Shown here: piece after piece, positions 55,478 through 64,000 of the stretch
How the letters are laid out: the number at the start of each line of letters is the position of its first letter
How positions within the stretch are numbered: the stretch's first letter is position 1
NCBI GenBank assembly: GCA_052327205.1
Contig: CM126218.1
Span: 81,096,001 to 81,160,000 of the forward strand
DNA from: Somniosus microcephalus
Lineage: Eukaryota
DNA length: 64,000 bases
Direction of reading: 5' to 3'
Translations under genes and position numbers: made by a program
Notes under the pieces: model-generated
What the model was told of the DNA's origin: nothing
What the model saw: only the letters and a program-made list of their open reading frames with translations
Database searches by the model: none

Positions 55478-57487
55478 CTAATGGGTGTGCCGAGAGGGCG
55501 AGTCCTTAGACAGGCTTCTCTGGCCCCTGCCCGACCTGCTGCTCCGCCTCAACCTGGGCCCTGCACGTGTGGCAAGGCTGGGGGAAGGCTCATGAGGGCC
55601 ACAATGCGTGTCGGCAGATGCCCTTGGGGGTCGGCCTAGACGAGGCCCAGCCCGGGAGGGGCCGGCTGCTGACTGCTGCAGCTGTGGCTGGCCAGCATCA
55701 GTCTCAGCAGCAGCTCGTCGCACCTTGGCTGGGGGAGTGGCAGTGTCGGCTGCACCAATGGGGGCAAGCTGGCTGATGGCAGGCGCGCGCTGCTCGCCAG
55801 AGACACTGGCACTCGGCCGGGCTGGCAGTGCAGCAAGCGCAGCAATCTGGTGGAGGCCAGACCGCTGTGCTGCAGCAGGGCGGCGGGTGCCCTGGCGATG
55901 CTTCCGCGCCACAGCAAGTGTGGCAGAAGTGAGTGCCCAAACTGCCCTGGTATGTGCCCGCATCAGCTCTGCCAGTGTCTGGACGGCACCACTCATCTCG
56001 TGAGTCGCGTCCTGGGCTGCCGCGAGTTGCTGGACACCCCTGTCGTGCGCTGCCGCGAGTTGTTCGACCCCCCTGGCCTGTGATTCCCCGAAAGCGACCA
56101 CACTATGAGCCAGGGACTCAATGGCCTGAGGCATCTGTTGCACAACCCCCATGAATTCCTGGTGGCGCCGCTCAGACACCGCCGACATCTCATCGAGGAG
56201 GCGCACCTCCTGGGCGAGGACCGTCTCCGGACTGGAGGGCGGACTCTCCCTCTGGGGAGAAGGCCGCCGAGCTGCCCGACCCTTCCCGCGTGCCTCGAGC
56301 CCACTGGACCCAGGATCTGCCCTCCCCTGCAACACCTCCCCCCTCTGGGGAGAAGGCCGGCGTGCTGCCGGACCCTTCCCGCGTGCCTCGAGCCCACTGG
56401 GCCCAGGATCTGCCCTCCCCTGCAACATTTCCCCCTGGCTCTCCTGCAGGCCAGACGTCTCCCCTCCATTGCCATCCCCTGGCGCGGATGAGGGTTCCCC
56501 CGATGTGCCGCCTTCCTCCTGGTCCTCGTCGTCCTCCTCCTCCAAGGGCCTGGCACTCTGAGCTTCAGGGACCACCTCCTCCTCACCAGCTGAAAGCAGG
56601 AAGGCACAAGAGTAGCTTTAGAGTGAGGACAGGGCGTCAGCGAGGGAGGCCTGAGTGGTGGCATTATGCGCATTTGTCGGTCAGTGCGAAAGGATGTAGA
56701 TCTGAAGCGCAAGGGCAACGACAGAGGTCCAACCGGTCATGTCCTTACCAGTGGGTCCCAGTACAGGGTCCGCATCTCCGATCGCAACAGGGCCAGTCAC
56801 CCGGGCACGCATGAGTCGAGCCACGCTCTCCTCCAGCTCACTGAGCGGCTGGTACTGGGGACGGCCTCCCCCGGTGGCAGACTGGCTCCTCAAATTCTGC
56901 GCCAGCTTGGCCTGCAAGAGAAAGGACGGCCTCTAAGTACAGTGTGGTGCCCTGTTGCTGTGTGCACTGCCTCCCATGGTCGAATAGCTTGGCCAGTGTG
57001 GTGCCCTGTTGCTGTGTGCACTCCCTCCCATGGTCGAATAGCTTGGCCAGTGTGGTGCCCTGTTGCTGTGTGCACTGCCTCCCATGGTCGAATAGCTTGG
57101 CCAGTGTGGTAAGTGCAGAAAGTGCTATTGATGATCATGCCAGTGCCATTGCTGCGGGAGGAGGGCTGCCCATCAGTCCTTTGAGGTCCCTTTGCCCATA
57201 ATGTGAGGTGCACATGCAAGGATGAGGAGGACACTGGAAAGGGTACTCACCTTCACCATCCGAGTGAGGTCGTTGTACTTCTTGCGGCATTGGTCCGCAA
57301 TCCTGGGGACATCGCAGGTGGATGACACCCTGCGGGCGATTTTCCTCCAGGCTTTCCTGTACCGGCTCCTGGGAGCCTTCTTGCCACTGTCCGGGCACAA
57401 GATCTCTCTTTTGTTTTCGACACCATTAATCAGCACCCTCAGAGCATGCTCTGAGAAGCACTGCGCTCGTTCACAGGCCCTCTCCAT
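55478..57487 (-). CDS. Harbinger Myb/SANT-like DNA-binding protein; 3 exons (57487-57251, 56911-56749, 56589-55478), ~503 aa
   Basis: FS..L.VLI..V..KREIL..AW.KIA..V..R.ADQC.KKYNDL trihelix; TGGG motif; GT/AG junctions keep frame (phases 0 and 1). Confidence 0.85.
56941..57102. repeat. 54-bp tandem repeat x3 in the Myb gene intron
   Basis: agtgtggtgccctgttgctgtgtgcact..cgaatagcttggcc, three times with no spacers. Confidence 0.9.
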
Positions 57488-58279
57488 GGCTCCAGGCGCT
57501 ATTTTGGCCCACCAGCAGTGTTGAGGCCTAGCTGCAGGGCTCCAGTATGCAGGGCGTGGCAGCAGTCAAAGTCGACCCTTCCCCCTTTAAGAGCTGGCCG
57601 GCGTCAGGGTGTCTGCTGTCAATCAAAACATGACCGCACCTGCGCTGCGCCCGGCCTCGGCGTTATCGGGCTGCATCGCCGGCTTAGCGCCTGAAGAGAG
57701 CATTGCAACGCCAGTTTCAGCGCTCAGCCAAACTCTTGGCCAACTCTACTGAATTTCAGCGATGTGGCCTACACTTTCCGGCGGGCGCTAACTTTAGCGA
57801 ACGCCCGACTTTAGCGCCCCAAAAGTGTCCAGACTGAATTTCTAGGCCAAGTTTTTTTCCTTTTTTTTTGGCACCCTACGGGTTAACATTAAGAAGGTGC
57901 TGCATAAGATGGCATCATCTGGTAGATAGAGTAAGTATTGATGGGTCTGATGGTCCTTCTCCCCTCTCACATGTTTGCAACCACATGGACTTCCTGTTTA
58001 TTCAGCGGAGTATGACCTAACTGATTCATCCGACAACCTAGTTAACCAGTCAAAAGTTTTAAGCACAAAGTAAAAACAGTTGTAGATTTGTAGGATCAAT
58101 TCAGTTTTCTTACTGAAGTCATATTGAAAAGGTGTGTTGTACAGTTGGCTCCCTGGATTCCTTCAGTGGTGTATAATGGATGAGAGACACACTTTTTGCA
58201 TCAGTTGAGCATAACTCTTATTGTATTTGATAGAATTAACTACTCAAGTAAGTGTGAAACTTACGACCTTGTATAGAAA

Positions 58280-59065
58280 GGTCTAAATCTGGAATAAAAA
58301 GCTAGTATCAGTAATGGTGACCCTGAAACTATCGGCTCATCGTAAAAACCCATCTGGTTCACTAATGTCCTTTAGTGAAGGAAATCTGCCGTCCTTACCC
58401 GGTCTGGCCTATATGTGACTCCAGACCCACAGCAATGTGGTTGACTCTTAACTGCCCTCTGAAATGGCCTAGCAAGTCACTCAGTTGTAAAAAACTGCTA
58501 CGTAAAACAATAAGAATAAAACTGGATGGACCACCCGGCATTGACCTCGGCACCGGCTATGGACATGACAGCGGCACAACCAGCCCAGTCAACCCTGCAC
58601 AAGTCCTCCTCATCTGGGGACTTGTGCCAAAATTGGGAAAGCTGTCCCACAGGCTAGACATAGTCATACTCACAGAATCATACCTTTCAGCCAATGTCCC
58701 AAACTCCTCCATCACCATCCCTGGGTATGTCCTGTCCCACCGGCAGGACAGACCCACCAGGGTGGCAGCACCGTGGTATACAGTCGGGAAGGAGTGGTCC
58801 TGGGAGTCCTCAACATTGACTCCGGACCCCATGAAGTCTCATGGCTTCGGGTCAAACATGGGCAAGGAAACCTACTTACCGCCCTCCCTCAGCTAATGAA
58901 TCAGTACTCCTCCATGTTGAACATCACTTGGAAGAAGCACTGAGGGTAGCAAGGGCACAGAATGTACTCTGGATGGGGGACTTCAATGTCCATCACCAAG
59001 AGAGGCTCAGTAGCACCACTACTGACCGAGCTGGCCGAGTCCTGAAGGACATAGCTGCCAGTCTA
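58280..59065 (+). mobile_element. 5' part of a LINE: SINE-like leader followed by a degenerate APE endonuclease
   Basis: DIVILTESYL..IPGY..RQDR, YRPP, MGDFNVHH. Confidence 0.8.
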
Positions 59066-61013
59066 TTGCCCGCTTGAATTGCAGTATAGCTAGGGTGACA
59101 TTTGCAAAATGGGAATCCCCTCAAGTATGTATGTATAAAATGATAGTGAATTAAAGCATTGATTTTTTAAATTACAAATACATTGGTTATTCAGTGTATT
59201 CAAGTGCTGCCCAGATTTTTATGTCAGGTTTGCTCTTTGGCCAGCCCTTGACCATGGACAGACAGATCTAATGTAATGTATGTCCGACTTACGGGGGCCT
59301 GTTCTTTTTGGGAATATCCCGGTGCTGCTGCAGCCGGATGGTAGTCGGGACAGGATCTTTGTTTGCAGTCGGTCGGTTCCTCTCCGAACATCTGGCCCTG
59401 CTCCCGATCCTTATCTTTCTATATTAAAAATAAAGCTGCATCTTGTAAATGTGATCTTGGCCGGCAGGGCTGTGTGCCTGTGATCTGAAAGCAATGGTCA
59501 TTCAAAACTCCAAGGCCTTCTTTACATTTTAAATCCTTGTCTTACTTTCTCTGCAAGTCACTGTTTATGGCTCGTAAGTGAAGATTATAACGTGAGAGAG
59601 CAGTTGCAACATGATCAAGAAAGGTTTCAAAAGTGAGATAAACCAGTTATATCAGTCAGTATATCCAGTCTTGCCGTGACACAAGGCCCTGCGCTTTTCC
59701 GCCTCCAACTCCTGCTGTGGGCGGGCGCATTGCGGCCGCTACTGGCCCCTTCAGTCTTCTCCCCTCCCGCCTTCTCCTCTTCTTCCTGCAGGGAAGGGAA
59801 TTGTAAGAAATAGCTGTTAGATTCAAAGATGGGTTTTAATTCTTAGACCAGGGATTGACAACAGGCAAGTGGAAAAAGATAGCATAAATGCCAGCAAGGT
59901 CGAATATCAAGCATCAAAAGACAAATAGAAATGATAAGGGAATGGTAAAATGCAAGGAAACAGGGAGGATAGCACCTGCTAGATAACAAGGAGCCACGAA
60001 GCCATAAAATGCCCTTGAAGAATCTTGACAAAACACTCCTCAGAAAGATAAGAGGGAGGCCTTGTACAATAGGATGGGGATCAAATTGTGTGTTTCTGTT
60101 GATTAAATGTGCTTGCCACCAGGCTGCTGCTGCCCCGTGGGCAAGACGCCTTGCTGGTCGCCGCAGACCATTTTTACATCTTAAAGGGGCATGTTATATT
60201 TAGTTGCTAGATTGTTTTGTACCTTTTTACTTTTTAATTTTTACCTGAATGTATTTTTCAAAGCCATAAGCTGAGGGGAGCTCCTCCCACTTTTTAAGAT
60301 GCACTAATTAATTTAAGGCCATGAAATCAATTAACTTATTAAAACCAGGCTTTTACTGTGGCCACGTAAAATCCTGGTTGATGTAAATTTCTGCAGAGCC
60401 ACTGATCCGGACAGTGGCAAAACACAGCAATGATTGATTATATTTTTAATCTGACTCTTTATTTTTATGATTCAATTTTTGAAAGAATCAAAGGGGGGAG
60501 TGTTAGGGAATATAGGCCTAGAAATTCAGTTGCGTTCGCCAGCCGTTAGCGCCTTAGGAGGAGTAGATCTCGAGCGCTAGGCACTTAGCGGCCGACGCAG
60601 AACGATTTGCGCCTACGCCCAACTTCAGTAGACATTTAGCACCGGCGCAAAGTGTTTGCGCGCGCTCAGCTGCGCGCGCAACTTATGACGTCATTTCGTC
60701 GTGCAACGCCCTTTGTGCGCCCCAAACCGGAACTTCAGTCGCGCCCGCCCAATGTGGGCGTGGCGGTGTTAAGAACTGTGAAGTGGAACGCAGCAGAGGC
60801 CCTGCGGGCCTCGGGAAGCGCTAATTAAAGGGCACTTAGACTGAACTATAAAGGCCAGCCATTTTGCTGCAATGACTTTAGTGCAACGGATTTCTGGACA
60901 GAGACCAAGGAAGACACCTTACTGATTTGGCCCAACATAGGAGAGGTATTTTTGGCTTCTGGCCAGAGCTTGGAAATTTGACTCATTGTGATTTCACTGT
61001 TTGCAAGTATATT

Positions 61014-62165
61014 ATGGGGGCTGCATGGGGTTCCAACCCTCAGTTCCAGCATTATGTGCGAAGGGCTCGCAGACGCTGTGTGAGAGGGGCAGCCATGCCT
61101 AGACGCAGAGGGGGCATCAGGCGTCGGCAACGTAGGCCTTACCCACTCAGGGAATACCGCCAGCAGGTGTCCTATCTCACCATGACTGCCGCGCAGTGTG
61201 TTAAGAGGCTGCGCTTCAGAAGGGAGGTGGTTGCAGAGATCTGCCAGCTGCTTCACAGAGATCTGCGTCCACAGCTGATGTGCAGGACGTCTCTGTCGGT
61301 GGAAGTGAAGGTCACGGTGGCTCTGAACTTTTATGCAAGCGGCTCCTTCCAAGCCGCTGCTGGGGACATAGCTAACATCTCCCAGTTCGCCGTGCATCGC
61401 TGCATCCGGCAGGTCACCGATGCCCTTTTCACAAGGAGACACCAATTCATCTCCTTCCCCATGACCCTAGAGAGGCAGGAGCAGCGTGCAGTCGGATTTG
61501 CGAGGATCGCCGACTTCCCCATGGTGCAGGGCGCCATTGACTGCACGCATGTGGCTTTGCGGGCACCTATCGACAATGCCGAGGATTACCGCAACCGGAA
61601 GGGCTACCATTCCCTCAATGTACAGCTGGTGTGTGACCACAGGCAGCGCATCCTAGCTGTCAATGCCCGCTTTCCAGGCAGCAGCCACGATGCATTTATC
61701 CTGCGACAGACTACTGTGGCTGACATGTTCCAGGCACAGCCTCCCCCAAGAGGATGGCTTATCGGGGACAAAGGCTATCCTTTGTGTACATGGCTCATGA
61801 CCCCGCTCCGCGCGCCCAGGACCCCTGCTGAGGAGGCATACAACGAAAGCCATCAAGCCACAAGGAACATCATAGAGCAAACGATTGGCGTCCTCAAGCA
61901 ACGGTTCCGCTGCCTGGATCGCTCCGGCGGATCTCTGCAGTATTTGCCGGATAGAGTCTCCCAGTTCGTCGTCGTTTGCTGCATGCTGCACAACCTGGCT
62001 ATCCGCAGGACTCAGGCACTGCCACCTCACGTTGGACCACCACCTCAGGAGGACGAGCAGGAGGACCATGAGGAGGAGGAGGAGGAGGAGGAGGAGTACC
62101 AGCCCAGGAGGGAGCCACAAGGTCCAAGGGCCGTCCGTCGGCGGCTTATTGAACGACACTTCTAG
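61014..62165 (+). CDS. Harbinger DDE transposase, intact (~383 aa from the ATG)
   Basis: All catalytic motifs as in copy 1; ends ..RRLIERHF. Confidence 0.95.
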   Translation: MGAAWGSNPQFQHYVRRARRRCVRGAAMPRRRGGIRRRQRRPYPLREYRQQVSYLTMTAAQCVKRLRFRREVVAEICQLLHRDLRPQLMCRTSLSVEVKVTVALNFYASGSFQAAAGDIANISQFAVHRCIRQVTDALFTRRHQFISFPMTLERQEQRAVGFARIADFPMVQGAIDCTHVALRAPIDNAEDYRNRKGYHSLNVQLVCDHRQRILAVNARFPGSSHDAFILRQTTVADMFQAQPPPRGWLIGDKGYPLCTWLMTPLRAPRTPAEEAYNESHQATRNIIEQTIGVLKQRFRCLDRSGGSLQYLPDRVSQFVVVCCMLHNLAIRRTQALPPHVGPPPQEDEQEDHEEEEEEEEEYQPRREPQGPRAVRRRLIERHF

Positions 62166-62504
62166 GCCCCCTGTCAGGGAATGGCTTGCGGCAATGAACG
62201 CACATGAATGCAGCCGCTCCGCAAGCCCTCAGCCGGTTAACGCAACAACCACTTGAAACATCACACATGGACAAGCTGAATAAAGAAAAAGCTTTATTGA
62301 ACAAACTCAGGGCCCTTCCCACATGAAACCGAAAAACAGACAACACCCCCAAAAAACACTCAAATACATATCTCACTCCCACAACCTGGGGAGGAATAAC
62401 AAAACTTGTCCATCCAAATGGCCTTCATCCTCGGCCTTACCAAAAGAACCCCCCCCATAGACAAGACAACCACCCCCATATAAAAAAACATTTGCCAACA
62501 CACT

Positions 62505-64000
62505 CTACTTTGTGTGCCGAGAGGGCGAGTCCTTGTCCAGGCTTTTCCGGCCCCTGGCCGACCTGCTGCTCCACCTCAACCTGGGCCCTGTGGGTGCTGC
62601 AAGGCTGGGGGAAGGCTCCTGAGGGGCACATTGCGTGACGGCAGATGCCCTTGGGGGTCGGCCTAGACGAGCTCTGGCCCTCGAGGGGCCGGCTGCTGAC
62701 TGCTGCAGCTGTGGCTGGGCAGCATCAGTCCCTCCAGCAGCTCGTCGCAGCTTCGCTGGGGGAGTGGCAGTGGCGGCTGCAGCAATGGGGGCAAGCTTGC
62801 TGATGCCAGGCGCTCGCTGCTCGCCTGAGACACTGGCACTCGGACGGGCTGGCACTGCAGCAAGCGCAGCAATCTGGTGAAGGCCAGACCGCTGTGCTGC
62901 TGCAGCGCGGCGGGTGCCCTGGCGATGCCTGCCTGACATAGCGAGTGTGGCAGCAGTGAGTGCCCGTACTGCCCTGGTCTGTGCCCGCATCAGACCAGCC
63001 AGTGACTGCACGGCACCACTGATCAACTGTCCACTCGCTGCCTGTGCTGCCCTGAATTCGTCCCGACTCGCGTCCTGTGCTGCCCTGAATTCGTCCCGAC
63101 TCGCGACCTGTGCTGCCCTCAATTCGGCCCGACTCGCGTCCTGTGATGCCCCGAATTCGGCCCGACTCGCGTCCTGTGATGCCCCAAATTGTTCGAGACC
63201 CCTGGCCTGTGCTGCCGCGAGTTGTTCGAAACCCCTGGCCTGTGAGGCCCCGAAATCGGACACACTATGAGCCAGGGACTCGATGGCCTCAGGCAACCGT
63301 GCCACAACCCCCATGAACTCGGTGTGCCGACGATCCGAGTCCGCGGACATTTGATCAAGGAGGCGCACCTCCTGGGCAAGGACCGTCTCCAGACTGGAGG
63401 CCGGACTCTCCCTCTGGGGAGAAGGCAGCCGTGCTGCCCGACCCTTCCCGCGTGGCTGGACGCCACTGGGCCCAGGAGCTACACTCCCCTGCAACACTTC
63501 CCCCCTCTGGGGAGAAGGCAGCCGTGCTGCCCGACCCTTCCCGCGTGGCTGGACGCCACTGGGCCCAGGAGCTACACTCCCCTGCAACACTTCCCCCCTC
63601 TGGGGAGAAGGCAGCCGTGCTGCCCGACCCTTCCCGCGTGGCTGGACGCCACTGGGCACAGGAGCTACACCCCCCTGCAACACTTCCCCCCTCTGGGGAG
63701 AAGGCAGCCGTGCTGCCCGACCCTTCCCGCGTGGCTGGACGCCACTGGGCCCAGGAGCTACACTCCCCTGCAACACTTCCCCCCTCTGGGGAGAAGGCAG
63801 CCGTGCTGCCCGACCCTTCCCGCGTGGCTGGACGCCACTGGGCACAGGAGCTACACCCCCCTGCAACACTTCCCCCTGGCTCTCCTCCAGGGAAGACGTG
63901 TCCCCTCCATTGCCATCCCCTGGCGCGGATGAGGGTTCCACCGATGTGCCGCCTTCCTCTTGCTCCTCCTCGTCCTCCTCTTCCGAGGGACTGACACTCG
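62505..64000 (-). CDS. Last exon of the Harbinger Myb/SANT partner gene, with expanded in-frame repeats
   Basis: Homologous to 55478-56589; 93-bp unit x5 (63411-63875) and 33-bp units (~63035-63245). Confidence 0.85.
   Translation of the reverse strand, partial: SVSPSEEEDEEEQEEGGTSVEPSSAPGDGNGGDTSSLEESQGEVLQGGVAPVPSGVQPRGKGRAARLPSPQRGEVLQGSVAPGPSGVQPRGKGRAARLPSPQRGEVLQGGVAPVPSGVQPRGKGRAARLPSPQRGEVLQGSVAPGPSGVQPRGKGRAARLPSPQRGEVLQGSVAPGPSGVQPRGKGRAARLPSPQRESPASSLETVLAQEVRLLDQMSADSDRRHTEFMGVVARLPEAIESLAHSVSDFGASQARGFEQLAAAQARGLEQFGASQDASRAEFGASQDASRAELRAAQVASRDEFRAAQDASRDEFRAAQAASGQLISGAVQSLAGLMRAQTRAVRALTAATLAMSGRHRQGTRRAAAAQRSGLHQIAALAAVPARPSASVSGEQRAPGISKLAPIAAAATATPPAKLRRAAGGTDAAQPQLQQSAAGPSRARARLGRPPRASAVTQCAPQEPSPSLAAPTGPRLRWSSRSARGRKSLDKDSPSRHTK

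Larger units (their letters stand above)
53422..57848 (+). mobile_element. Full-length PIF/Harbinger transposon (4427 bp)
   Basis: TIR GGCCTAGAAATTCAGT at both ends; 3-bp TSD AAG; convergent transposase and Myb/SANT genes. Confidence 0.96.
60515..64000 (+). mobile_element. Second PIF/Harbinger transposon, runs off the window end
   Basis: Same TIR at 60515; collinear with 53422-56560. Confidence 0.95.

Noticed and set aside
56941-57102. CRISPR-like array (also 63411-63875 and 34305-34560)
   Set aside because: Head-to-tail repeats with no unique spacers, no cas genes, eukaryotic context

Overview
Eukaryotic, repeat-dominated DNA, most likely from a cartilaginous fish: it carries SacSINE1/Deu-type SINEs, shark-type CR1 and L2 tails, RTE, Penelope, Gypsy and PIF/Harbinger elements. 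No host protein-coding gene could be supported. The stand-out feature is a young, structurally complete, non-autonomous Gypsy (Mag-like) LTR element at 33528-39500, with 255-bp LTRs differing at 4 sites, a 5-bp TSD, a tRNA-Ser-type PBS and a PPT. Its pol is replaced, directly after the protease, by an in-frame, intronless mosaic of host fragments that I recognise from memory as EVI5, ANKRD24/RAI14-family and optineurin coiled coils plus a DNAJC21 zinc finger. One in-frame TGA interrupts what is otherwise a ~1128-codon Gag-PR-cargo ORF. Other notable items: minimal hammerhead ribozymes in Penelope ends and in a tiny Penelope hairpin; an RTE with a twin-priming 5' inversion; a 63-bp locally templated insertion; deep TE nesting; and two Harbinger transposons whose Myb/SANT partner genes differ in coding tandem-repeat number. 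Protein family assignments are by motif recognition only, with no database search. Boundaries given with TSDs were read base by base; other boundaries are approximate.
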